Assembly: GCF_001194135.2 (NCBI RefSeq)
Contig: NC_068992.1
Span: 49,409,162-49,473,161, forward strand
Direction of reading: 5' to 3'
From: Octopus bimaculoides
Taxonomy: Eukaryota
Length of the DNA: 64,000 nt
In this document: positions 12,514 through 24,762 of the stretch, one piece after another
How the letters are laid out: each line of letters begins with the position of its first letter
Position numbering within the stretch: the first letter of the stretch is position 1
The notes under the pieces: model-generated
Database searches by the model: none
The model's input: the letters and a program-made list of their open reading frames with translations, nothing else
What the model was told of the DNA's origin: nothing
Position numbers and translations under genes: made by a program

Positions 12514-12638
12514 AAAGTATTGTTGCATTTCTCATGTTGCTCTGCGTTGAAATAATGCTTCCAATATGATCTATTTCGTAGCAACGGAAATAATTATTTT
12601 AAACATGAAATACAAGGATGTTGTGGCGGTTGCATACT

Positions 12639-12666
12639 CTGTTGAATATTCACGGGTCCAGCTAGT
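12639..12666 (+). mobile_element. second Helitron-like 3' terminus
   Basis: Degenerate hairpin CTGTTGAA-TA-TTCACGG followed by GTCCAGCTAG|T. Confidence 0.35.
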
Positions 12667-12760
12667 ATTTATAAATCTTAGTGTTTGCTCTTTTCTGGAA
12701 TGCATTTATATCCGCGTAATCTCTCGATGTTTTCACAGATGTGTGTATGTTTCATTCCAG

Positions 12761-13463
12761 ATGTACCAATTACAAATGATGGACAGCAGATTTTTGAATG
12801 GCATGTCTTTCTTCAAGAACTAAGTCAGTGTAATTCCATATCTTTTCAGCTCATTTCGGGATTGCTATGTCATTCGGGATTGCTATGTCAGTTATTAAGA
12901 CAGCATTGTTCTTTTTGTCATGATGAATAATACAAGGTTTACTACATGTATTCTAAAGAATGTGTATGCTAAAACTCCATTAAGTTTTTTTTGCATTGTC
13001 GTTTTCTAAGACAGGTGGGCATTCCTATAGATATGCTATAACATCTTTAACAGTAAACAAAAAATCTATTTTCTTTATCCCTGGCACCTGACATCAAACT
13101 AAAACATTTTTTAATTGACAGCTGTTTATAATGTTTCAATTCTATAGCGTGTGAAATAATAGCATTTAAATTCTTTTAAACAAAACAAATTTCTACCTTG
13201 AATGGTTTGTAAGAATGTATTTTTACGATAAGAGTCTAGTCTAGGTCACTGACTTACATATTTTGTTATGCTAGAAATTCCGGATATTTTTTCCCTTTCT
13301 TTCCTTTCTAACTTGTGTAGGCATCCCAACAACCGTGAGAACGTAAATGCGTGAATTAAAATTAACTTCCCTAGTAACTTCCGGAAATACTATATTAATT
13401 GTAACTGTCTTTTCTTTTCTTTTACATCGATAATTCAGATGTCAGGATATCCCATTTAGTACT
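12761..13463 (+). CDS. three phase-compatible candidate exons (12761-12823, 13321-13342, 13439-13463): xVPITNDGQQIFEWHVFLQELSIPTTVRTCQDIPFST
   Basis: Strong acceptors (TTCATTCCAG, TTTCTTTCCTTTCTAACTTGTGTAG, CTTTTCTTTTCTTTTACATCGATAATTCAG). Donors GTCAGT, GTAAAT and GTATGA. Phases 1-1, 1-2 and 2-0 chain without a stop. No homology recognised. Confidence 0.3.
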
Positions 13464-13874
13464 GTATGACATCAACCTTCGGTCATAGGAATGCTGTGGT
13501 TGTGAGGAATCAGTTGTAAATTTAGAAATATATGTATTTATTTTTAAAACAGAACTGGCTGAGTCTATAAAGTACAATAAAACGACAAGTGAGATATTAG
13601 AGGTTTGTAGCGGGCCATCGGCTTTAAAGTGTGTTTATGACCAAGAACTATGACTGAGAACTATGATTAAGAAATCAAACTAATCCCATACCATGCCTAT
13701 ATTCAATTTCAATTAATTTAAATTTCCTCTACTTTGCTGGGCCAAAATTAATCATTTAGCTAGTGGGCTTTTCTACGCATTTGGTGGGCATTTTAATACA
13801 AATTTAATTATTAGTTTTTCAAGCAAAGGTGTTCCTAGTCAATATTTCTCCAGTCATTATTTTGTGATAAAGAA

Positions 13875-14088
13875 GCCTGCGAGCTGGCAGAATCTAGCCA
13901 CACCTGGCGAAATGGTTAGCCGCATTTCGTCCGTCTTTACGTTCTGAGTTCAAATTCCGCCGAGTCGTCTTTGCCTTTCATCATTTCGAAGTCGATAAAA
14001 TAAGTACCAGTCGAACACTGGAGTCGATATAATAGACTTACACCTTTCCTGAAGTTACTGGCCTTGTGCTAAAATTTGAAACCATTAG
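13875..14088 (+). mobile_element. tRNA-headed SINE, family B, perfect 14-bp TSD
   Basis: GCGAGCTGGCAGAATC...GAGTTCAAATTCCGCC...TAAGTACCAG body. TSD TTTGTGATAAAGAA at 13861-13874 and 14089-14102. Confidence 0.92.
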
Positions 14089-14481
14089 TTTGTGATAAAG
14101 AAAATATATGAGATATAGTTATGATCTAGAGACTATGACAACCCTGAAATATGTTTATGGGTTGCTCGTGAAACGGTTGACTGTTTTGCGGGGTGGTGCT
14201 CTAGAATGTGTGTGCATGGGCGCGCGAGCATTTTGAGAGAGAATGAGAACGGGAGGAACTGAGAGTGAAAGAAAATGGCGACGGAGAGAGATGATTTGTT
14301 CCCGGCATAACCGGCAACATGTTGATTCTCTTAGTTATAATATGTACAATAACAACAAGGACGATGAGAACATTTATCCATTTGTCATTGCTTATAGCAT
14401 TAAAAGCATCACTAATTAGTTGTTTGGAATTACATAATTACTAACTAAATGATTGCGTTTATTTGTAATTAATACAATATT

Positions 14482-14716
14482 TATTTCTTTATTGCCGGCA
14501 GGGGGCTAAACATAGAGGGGACAGACAAGGACAAACAAAGGGATTAAGTCGATTACATCGACCCCAGTGTGTGTAACTGGTACTTATTTAATCGACCCTG
14601 AAAGGATGAAAGGCAAAGTCGACGTCGGCGGAATTTGAACTCAGAGCGTAACGGCAGACGAAATACCGCTAAGTATTTCGCCCGGCGTGCTAATGATCCT
14701 GCCAGCTCGCTGCCCT
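14482..14716 (-). mobile_element. family B SINE, long-tail variant
   Basis: Near-identical to 47283-47514, including the 3' GTCCTTGTCTGTCCCCTCT...AATAAAGAAATA tail. Confidence 0.92.
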
Positions 14717-15904
14717 TAATTAATGTATACAATATTAATAATTCAAACGTCGTCGAGACTAAGATTCGGGTCAAAAATAGTTTGGTGTATGAATCAAGTC
14801 ATTCACCTTTTTAAATGTTCCTAGGATTGACTTAGACATTCACCCACATCAGGTCGATGAAAATCAGTGGCTGTTATTAGATTCACCAATCGATTTCAGC
14901 AATTTCCTCTACATTTCAATCCCCTGCCAATGTGAAATATCCTTAATTAGGGTTTAATGAGGTACATTAATTAGTTGTGTCAATGTAAAAGATCGTTAAT
15001 TATGGTAATTGGTAGAGAATTTGACTAATAGCATAGCAATGCTACATACTTTAGTTTAAATCTCGCTGGAGGCAATAGTAAAGTCTTAGTCATGAACTGG
15101 GGTCGAGTCAAGTCACTGATTCTTTCACCCTACAGATTTGTAGTCATGTATTAATATTTCGAATTGTGCCATTCATCTGTCAGCGAAAGGGCATTTAATA
15201 TACAATACCAGTCCTGTACTGAGGTCGAGTCAATCTATTTACTGTTGCAGTTCAACAAATATGTTTAAAAATGCTTAAACTAGTATAATGCAGTGTCCAC
15301 AACACACGGCTTTGTGTATGACTCTTGAGCATCTTCACTACTCCAAGATGGACAGTGTCTTAGACAGGGATTTCTGATGCAGTGTCAGGTCAATAGATTT
15401 TGGAGATATATAATCGATTAGATTGACTTCAATATTTGTGTGCTATATATATTGTCGATTCAAAAGAATAAAACATAGAAGTTGTCCCTGGTAGGATTTG
15501 AACTCAGAAAATAATTAAATTGTAACTCAGAAAATAGTTAAAACGATTTAAAAGCTATTTAATCTACAACTCTATCGATTATGCTCGCGTCAAATATAAA
15601 TGACATTTGTTGGTTTCCGAATGATTTGCGCTCAAAAAACGCTCGTCCTTAATTATATGTTAAGGAATGTTAATGCCTTTGACATGAAAAGTAGTTCCTG
15701 CTTCCAAAAGTCAAAAACAATGCCGAATTCTTAAAATATTTCTATGAAGGATGGGCTTAACTATACCGTAAAGTATGCTGTAAGACACACCTTGTAGTAG
15801 ACAGAGTGTGTCAAAACGACCTTAAGGTTAAACGTCAAGTATACCACACCAAAAACCTGTAGAGAAGGACGTGGGAAAATTTCATTGTAACATGAATTAC
15901 AATT

Positions 15905-16110
15905 AAGGCGGCGAGCTGGCAGAATCATTTGCCCGCCAGGTAGAATGCTTAGCGGCATTTAGCACGTCTTTACGTTATGAGTTCAAATTCTGCTGAGGTC
16001 CACTTTGCCTTTCATCCTTTTGGGAGTCGATAAAATAAAACCAGTTGAGCCCTGGGGGTCGGTGTAATCGACTTACCCCATTCTCGAACTTGCCGGCTTT
16101 GTGTATGTTT
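15905..16110 (+). mobile_element. family B SINE
   Basis: AAGGCGGCGAGCTGGCAGAATC head and conserved body. Other degenerate copies lie at about 5690-6005, 9555-9670, 25430-25570, 29408-29495, 35540-35640, 43670-43815, 50960-51030 and 61200-61400. Confidence 0.88.
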
Positions 16111-17739
16111 AATTCCCGAGTGAACTTTGTCTTAGATTTTCTAACACGTGTTGTGCATAATAAAATATGCATAGCAAAAGTTTCATATCGTATGTGCAAA
16201 TCAATTTATCTCTGTCTTTACACTCTTGATAGCAAGTGATTTGTAATACGAAATTTCTTTCAAATATAATTGTAACACTTTGAAATATTATTGAATACAG
16301 TGGTACTGTTCAAGACAGACCATATGGCGTTGGTAAATCAACTCATGTTTTCTTTCTTTCCAGCTGTTCTTCAATATTGATCTGGTACTAATTTTCAAAA
16401 TAATCACTTGTGCTGCTATAATTGCCGCATAAATAAATTTTCTCTTAAGCCGACATAAGCTCACTGCTGCATTTTTGTTGTGCTTGTCTGATACACAATA
16501 TAATTGCTCATGCTCTAGACACTCCCAAAAAACATAACTTAGTGCTTCGACAATTAAACTAATGTCCTAATTGCATTGTATTGACGGATTCTTTGGTTAT
16601 GCAACGAACAATATATCTTATAGAACTGGTTATAGAAGAACTGGCTACTGCAATGTACCTGTCGAAAAATGAATAGAGTGTGTTGACTTTGTAGAAGTGT
16701 TTGTTGATTAGGTAGAAAAGATGCTTCGCCAGGCGAGTTAAAATATTCTAGCTGAACGGTGGATTAAACCAGACTACATTCTTTTCCTGATACAGATTTT
16801 TGTGCTTTTCGTAGTGAATGAGACGCATACTATAGTTTTGGAAGTAGCCGCAAGAAATTGACTGGCTAATTTCGTCAGGAGAAAGACAGTCTGTGTTTAT
16901 TTATTGCTATAGGTATTTTCTGAAGGAAATTTGGTGAATGTTTAGAATTTGAATGTATCTATAGAGATTCACTGGTAGATTTGATTTAGAGTTCATAGCT
17001 TAAGATTGTGATTTTGACTACGAAGTTGTCAAATGTCAGATCAGTTTCAATTTTCAGATTGAACATTTCGAAAGTGGTTATATTTTTACATAGTATCGGC
17101 ATTGCACCCACTCTGACTCCCACTCAAGTGTTGCTTTGCAAAATAGAAATAGGCCTCCGTGTTCTCACAACTTTGTGCTACCGCAACTATTCATGGAAAC
17201 GTCGAACTTTTCTCCCTGTTCACATACCCAGCCTTCATTCTTGCAAAATAAGTGTGAACGTTTAGAACGTACCATAATTTTGAATTTTGTGTGCGTAGAT
17301 GTAAACTGTATTGCTAGAGAAGAGGGCTTTGGTGATAGGATGTAAATTCGATAAATTTACAACGGTTTCTCCCGTTGATTTAACTATTAAATCAGTGTGT
17401 CTGCGTGCGTGGTGTTTTTCCACATATTTCGTATTGCGGAAGATTTAGCTGAGGACTGAGCTTATTAAGTTTATATTTATTTAACTTTTCGATGATGAAG
17501 TCTTCTTTAATTTCTGTAGGCTTAAGCTGCATTTCAGCGTTTTGTTGAAGATGGCTTTATGGTTTTTGAGTGTACTGTATGCGTTTCTCAGCAATACAAT
17601 TAGCTTTAAGTGTAAGCTGTGTTATTTGTATTTTTTTCCATATACCAGAAGGGACAATCAGAAATATTGTCCACAAAGAAATCTTGTACAAATCTTCCAT
17701 GATGAGGAAAGGTTGAAAAATACAAAGATAAAAACAAAG

Positions 17740-18394
17740 TAAGACCCTCAGAAGAACATGATATGATTTGGTTTTTCTCAGATGAGAAAAATTTTGACAA
17801 AGACCAGAAGATTAACAGATGAAATAAATTTCCTACAGTCATGCACACAGAACTTCCTGCAACTGTTATTTGGAGTTGTAATTAATGAAGGACGTATGAT
17901 GCCTTCTCACTTCTTTACACTAGAGTTAACTCTGCTGGCTACATTGAAGTCCTAGAAACAGTTGTCAAGCCCTGGATAGATAGAGTACGCAATAGAAGGT
18001 TTCAGCAGGACTCTACGCCATCACATAAGGCTCAAACAACCCAAGAAGGGATGGCTGAGAATTTTCATAACCACATAACTCAATCCATTGGACTACTATG
18101 TGTGGAGAGTTGTTGACAGAGAGAGAGATCAATCAACACCCTATAACACCAAGAATTCTTTCAAAGCCGCCGTAGTTAATGTCCATTATGAACCTGGATA
18201 ATTTAATTTGGGAATGTAGATGATCCATATTTTGTAGTGAAGCAGTTGTTGATACTAAAGGTGGCTACATTGAACAAGATTAGAAGGAAGATAATCGAGT
18301 TTATGCATAAACATTTTTTCATTAAAAAGCTTTTCTGTTATTATTTGTATGTTTTTCTAAAAGAACAAATTTGTCCTTAAATACCTTACGCACG

Positions 18395-18398
<4 letters not shown>
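17740..18398 (+). mobile_element. maT (DD37D-type) Tc1/mariner transposase 3' remnant with right end
   Basis: Reads WFFSDEKNF...YIEVLETVVKPWIDRV...FQQDSTPSHKAQTTQ...NPLDYYVW; the WPPxSPD segment is deleted. Ends ...CACGCTG|TA before a (TA)n. Confidence 0.85.
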
Positions 18399-18477
<79 letters not shown>

Positions 18478-19843
18478 TGTGTGTGTATGATGTATTGGTG
18501 TGTGTCTGTATATGTCTGCAGGTGTGTATATATGTGTGGGTGTGGGTGGGTGTGCATGCGCGTGTATGATCTGTATGAGCATGCATACGTGTGTATATAT
18601 GAGCGTGCACGCGTATATGTTTGTATGTATATATGTATACTCTTACAAGTATGCATATAAACATGAAATATTTGCCGATGGGGGATCAAAATTCCATATA
18701 ATTAAAAGCCAATACAACATGTATTTATATGGTTACACATGTAATAGTAGGTGTGGACATGTTTCATACTTTCGACCCGGCGGTGGTGGTGGTGCTGGTG
18801 GGGGGCGTGAGTATTTCTTGTTCTCTGGCAATAACACTGAAGACGCCCACGGGATTGGCTGGTAGAAGATTCTTTAACAGGAAGTTACTTAAATTCGTTA
18901 ATGTCTCTGAACTGTGACCAACGTCTTTTGAACAAATATAAAACATAAAGAATTCCATTAACTTAATATATTTGTTTGTTTTTCGTTTGGGTGTGTATGT
19001 GTATGTGTATGTGTTTATGTGTATGCATGTGTTTGTATTTGATATGTGTGTGCGTAATGTGTGTATGTGTGCTTTCTGCGAAATGCGTTTCTGTTAAAGA
19101 ATGTTATATTACAATTTTAATGCACGAAAACAACAGCTTGCAGAGTGTTTGAAAAAAGAAGAAAAAAACAAAGAAAAGAAGATGTTATTGATAAGAAATG
19201 GAATAAATAAGAGAAGAAAGAAAAGAGAGTTAGAAAATTAAAAAGAAACATGTTATGGAAAATAAAACAGGAAACAATAATCGCATCTGGAAGAGGAAAA
19301 CTGAATGTGAAAATGAAATAACGACATGATAACATCTAAATTTTCTATGGGATTATAAGGACTAGTTTTTGAAAGTGTAGATGTTGGTCTGTCGTTGGTT
19401 TCTTTTATTTCATAATATTAATGGTGAATTACAAACGATGTCTCTAATTGGTTTCTAACGGGTTCATTATATTGCTGACGGTAAGAATGACACAGGTTTA
19501 TCTCTGACTTGGTACAGAACAAATGTCAAGGAAGCTCGTTGGAAAAGAATTTGTTTTGCAGGTTTCTCGTCGATAAAATAAATGAGCAACCATGTACTAA
19601 GGTCAATATTATCAACTATATATTGATAGTTTAAGAAAATATAATCCTTGTCTCACGGATAAGGATAACAGCCATATGATAACCCTACTGCAATTTTAAA
19701 CAAAAGACAAGAATTGGGAAAGATTTTCCAAATATAAAAAGCATCGATACATGGATATGTTTCGGCCAACAAAACCTCCCTACTTGAGTGGGGGTACTGA
19801 GTACGAAAATTAATGCGTGTGTGCGCATGAGAGTGTCTGCATG

Positions 19844-19889
<46 letters not shown>

Positions 19890-20696
19890 TGTGGGTGCAA
19901 GACGTCTCATTTGATACCGTAACAACGCTGCCCAGAACTGATGCTTATTTATCAACATCAAAAAGATGAAAAATAAAGTTGAACTAGATGTGATTTGAAC
20001 TCAGAGCGCTGAAACACATATTGCTAGCTATCGAACGTTATAGAAAGATGGATGATGAACTTCTAAATACGTATATGTACATAAGACAAAGTACCCAACC
20101 TACCCAAAGGAAGGCTTGAGAGTTCAATTAGAGAAGAATAACGTTCGTTCCCATTATTCGATAGGAAATTCCTCTGCAAGAAAATATGAAAGGAAGAACG
20201 ATAAGAAGTGGGGCGAGAAATGAAGAACGGAAAAGTGGAAGAAAGAAATAGCAATTGTTTAAGACGAAAAAAATAAAAGGGAAGGCATTATGTTACCGCT
20301 AGTAGGCCGTTAGCGATGTAATGTGTCTAAAATTGCCAGACCTACTGGGTTGAACCTATTCATTTCATCCAAACATTGATCAATTCAAGTAACTGTTACT
20401 TCCTGTCGTGATAGCGTAGTAGGACAACCCAACACTCCTTTGAGAATGCCAAGGACGTGAAAGACAAAAGAATCTACAAGCTAAGAAATTTGAGATTCAT
20501 TGAATGTTATAAAGAATGTGTTATGTCAGCATGGCTTAATTACTAAAAGTTTATTATTGGTTGTTATAGGAAATGATCGGCAAGTCATTATAATACGTAT
20601 GTATGTTTCTTTATTGTGTTATATGCATGTATGTATTTATATATATATAATATATATGTACGTAAATATAGTTTATACATGTATGCATATGCAATG

Positions 20697-20745
<49 letters not shown>

Positions 20746-21248
20746 TTCTTTTGTATGTATATGTATATATATACATATATGTAAATATAGAAGCAATTAT
20801 GCAGACATAATTGTTAGATACAATTTCAATTTAATAACGAACAATAAGCGAGCATTAAAAAAACGCACCAAATACTAAGATGTAGGACTTTTAATTCCAT
20901 GGCAATGCCCCGGCGAGTCTTAAAATCTGTTACTAAGCAGATACAATAAAAGATTCACAGTCAAATGAAACGATAAAAAATTTAAGATTCCATTCTAGTT
21001 CATGGAGAATCAAGGAAATAAGGAAATAGTGAGGATTATTTGATGTGTCCTTGTCTGAGAAACTTTCAGGAAAGTATCGGACATAGTTTCACAAGAGATG
21101 TTTCCTGTGTTACTAATTTATAGTCGATTCTTTTTACTACTTTAATATCGTGTCTTTGACCTGGTCAACATTGCTGTGGTTTTGTGGTTTCTGGTTGTAT
21201 TTGACAGATAAATATGTATGTGAGTGTATGTGAGTGAACATTTTGTAA

Positions 21249-21287
<39 letters not shown>

Positions 21288-21763
21288 AACACTCACAGAC
21301 ATATATATATATCACAAGCGTGGTCTGCAATCATTACTGCGATGAAAATGGTAATAAAGATTGCATCTGTGAGGTAAACCTGGACGTTCTGCTGAGGTTA
21401 GCAGAAACAACGTGTGAAAATTTCTTTTTAATACTACATTCCCAAGATTATATGCAGCCGCAGTGATCAAGAGGTTGACGATCGCCGATGACCCCTTGTG
21501 AAGTCAACACCTCAGCCAACGTGGGAATAAAAAATAGTAATACAAATAGATTGGTGGACAATCCTCTACATTTTTCGTTCCCTGTTTCATCGTCATACTC
21601 ATCATGAAGATGCGATATTTGTCATTTCACGTTAAACTTAGAGTAAATGACCTTTTACTATAATTTGACCTAAGAATCTCTCGAATCTTTTGATTATATA
21701 TTTTTTAAAAGTCAGAATGCTTTTATTTTCTTTTGGTTTCTACAATGCAAGGTAGGTGCTGGG

Positions 21764-22148
21764 TTGTTGGCACTCCATCGGCTACGACGACGAGGGTTCC
21801 AGTTGATCCGATCAACGGAACAGCCTGCTCGTGAAGTTCACGTGCAAGTGGCTGAGCACTCCACAGACACGTGTACCCTTAACGTAGTTCTCGGGGATAT
21901 TCAGCGTGACACAGACTGTGACAAGGCTGACCCTTTGAATTACAGGCACAACAGAAACAGGAAGTAAGAGTGAGAGAAAGTTGTGGTGAAAGAGTACAGC
22001 AGGGTTCACCACCATCCCCTGCCGGAGCCTCATGGAGCTTTAGGTGTTTTCGCTCAATAAACACTCACAACGCCCGGTCTGGGAATCGAAACCGCGATCC
22101 TATGACAGAGAGTCCGCTGTCCTAACCACTGGGCCATTGCGCCTCCAC
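21764..22148 (-). mobile_element. full-length family C SINE
   Basis: Reverse-complement match to 7893-8276. Possible degenerate TSD AAGGYAGGTGYT (21749-21760 and 22150-22161, 10/12). Confidence 0.95.
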
Positions 22149-22774
22149 TAAGGCAGGTGTTACGCTTGTGACAAACAAGGTAATCACTTAAGGCACCAGA
22201 AAAAGAATGTAACAAATATATTTTAAACTTTAACTCTAGTTGTGTGAATGATGTTTTAGAAGAATAATTGAATCATAATATCTGAATTACTGACACAATA
22301 TTGTACTCAATGAATTTTTATGAGGCTTCTGTTTATGTCTGAATACAGCAAACAGTCATAACTGGGACAAGAAGCTGCTCATTGTAGTACAGGCCTCCGG
22401 TGATCAATACTGTGACACTGGACTTGCTGTAATGTCGGGTAGTGTACTTAAGTTTTTAATCATTAGCTTTCATGCGATGTTCTCCGGAATTCTCTCGTTG
22501 GATGCTTAATCCCAATAAAGCAAATGCTCCAAATGTTTGCATTGATTATTAGAGGCTGTTTGTTGCTTCATAATTTGTTTTTTTTAGCGTTTTTAGATTT
22601 GAAGGTCGTTGGATTTGCAAAACTAGGATCATAATTTACTTCAGTTGAAGAAACCTTATGTTATACGTATGACCCATTTCCTGAATCTCCAGTGCTTTGT
22701 CTGGCCTGCTAATAACTGATCTTTCTTGCATATGTTTGTTAATGAAGTTCAGCTTTAGATGACTAAATGTAAAG

Positions 22775-22833
<59 letters not shown>

Positions 22834-23795
22834 TTATATATGTATATATATATGGATATATATAGATTTAGCGTCAAAGCTCTTATTTAAATTTTGATAT
22901 ANNNNNNNNNNNNNNNNNNNNNNNNNNNNNNNNNNNNNNNNNNNNNNNNNNNNNNNNNNNNNNNNNNNNNNNNNNNNNNNNNNNNNNNNNNNNNNNNNNN
23001 NNNNNNNNNNNNNNNNNNNNNNNNNNNNNNNNNNNNNNNNNNNNNNNNNNNNNNNNNNNNNNNNNNNNNNNNNNNNNNNNNNNNNNNNNNNNNNNNNNNN
23101 NNNNNNNNNNNNNNNNNNNNNNNNNNNNNNNNNNNNNNNNNNNNNNNNNNNNNNNNNNNNNNNNNNNNNNNNNNNNNNNNNNNNNNNNNNNNNNNNNNNN
23201 NNNNNNNNNNNNNNNNNNNNNNNNNNNNNNNNNNNNNNNNNNNNNNNNNNNNNNNNNNNNNNNNNNNNNNNNNNNNNNNNNNNNNNNNNNNNNNNNNNNN
23301 NNNNNNNNNNNNNNNNNNNNNNNNNNNNNNNNNNNNNNNNNNNNNNNNNNNNNNNNNNNNNNNNNNNNNNNNNNNNNNNNNNNNNNNNNNNNNNNNNNNN
23401 NNNNNNNNNNNNNNNNNNNNNNNNNNNNNNNNNNNNNNNNNNNNNNNNNNNNNNNNNNNNNNNNNNNNNNNNNNNNNNNNNNNNNNNNNNNNNNNNNNNN
23501 NNNNNNNNNNNNNNNNNNNNNNNNNNNNNNNNNNNNNNNNNNNNNNNNNNNNNNNNNNNNNNNNNNNNNNNNNNNNNNNNNNNNNNNNNNNNNNNNNNNN
23601 NNNNNNNNNNNNNNNNNNNNNNNNNNNNNNNNNNNNNNNNNNNNNNNNNNNNNNNNNNNNNNNNNNNNNNNNNNNNNNNNNNNNNNNNNNNNNNNNNNNN
23701 NNNNNNNNNNNNNNNNNNNNNNNNNNNNNNNNNNNNNNNNNNNNNNNNNNNNNNNNNNNNNNNNNNNNNNNNNNNNNNNNNNNNNNNNNNNNNNN

Positions 23796-24335
23796 TTAAT
23801 TTTTGTTTATTTTCAGATCATTAAAATGGAATGTCAAGTTAAGAAAAACGAGCATTTTCGACACCTCCTTCTTTTTGCTTTTAATCAAGGTTCTAAGGCC
23901 GCAAAAGCTGCTTGCGACATTTGTGTTGTGTATGGAGCGGGTGCCATAGCTGTAAGAACCGCTCGTGATTGGTATGCCAAGTTCAAAAATGGAAATGTTA
24001 ACCTCAAAGACGCACCTCGTTCTGGCCGTCCAGTTGAGTTCGATGGAGAGCGATGAAACCAACGACAAGGGAACTGGCAGAGAAAATGGAATGCTCCTAC
24101 ACTGCTATAGAGAAGCATCTTCACTCGATGGGAAAGGTTCAGAAGTATGGAGCATGGGTTTCACATGCTTTAAGTGACAACAACAAGAATCAACAAGCCA
24201 CAATCTCCGCTGGTTTGCTTGCTCGTCACCGCTCAAGTCATGGACACAAGCAACGATTTCTTTACCGAATCGTTACTGGCGACGAAAATGGTGCTTGTAC
24301 ATCAATATAAAGCAGCGTAAAGAATGGCTTAGCCC
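23796..24335 (+). mobile_element. mariner (Mos1/mauritiana-like) transposase 5' half, truncated by a SINE
   Basis: MECQVKKNEHFRHLLLFAFNQG...WYAKFKNG...PRSGRP, then TTRELAEK...WVSHAL...RIVTGDEKWCLY...EWLS with frameshifts. Confidence 0.93.
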
Positions 24336-24337
24336 CT

Positions 24338-24762
24338 GTAAGGCTTGAAATTTGAGGGGAGGGAGTAAGATGAAAACATCGACCCAGTGTGTAGCTGTAA
24401 CTTAATTTATCGACCCCAAAAGGATTAAAGTCAAAGTCAACCTCGGTGATATTTCAATTCAGAACGTAGCGACAGGCGAAATACCATTAAGCATCTCGTC
24501 CAGCGTGCAAACGATTCTGCTAGCTCACCTTATAAATAGTCTTGATAATCCTTTCTACTATAGGCACAAGGCCTGAAATTTGTGAGGAGGGGACTAGTCG
24601 ATTAAAACGACCCCAGTGTTTTACTGGTGCTTAATTTATCGACCCCGAAAAGATGAAAAGTAAAGTCGACCTCGGCGGAATTTCAACCTAGAACGTAGCG
24701 ATGGGCGAAATACCACTAAGCATTTCGTCTGGCGCGCTAACGATTCTGCCAGCACACCACCT
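24338..24762 (-). mobile_element. two tandem family B SINEs
   Basis: Head-to-tail copies at about 24338-24530 and 24555-24762. Confidence 0.88.

Noticed and set aside
15791-15856. Minus-strand 66-nt exon candidate (VFGVVYLTFNLKVVLTHSVYYK)
   Set aside because: Good splice signals but no homology and no compatible neighbouring exon; indistinguishable from chance.
18748-18806. Gly-rich exon candidate with a GTGAGT donor
   Set aside because: Weak acceptor, and the Gly run derives from a (GGT)n microsatellite.
21315-21375. VCNHYCDENGNKDCICE resembling a DSL/EGF segment
   Set aside because: Very short, abuts a microsatellite, has a weak AAG acceptor and lacks the following GWxG motif.
22329-22512. 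Possible terminal exon with a GPI-like hydrophobic end (…QYCDTGLAVMSGSVLKFLIISFHAMFSGILSLDA*)
   Set aside because: Only about 55 codons, no recognisable domain, and not linkable with confidence to other exons.
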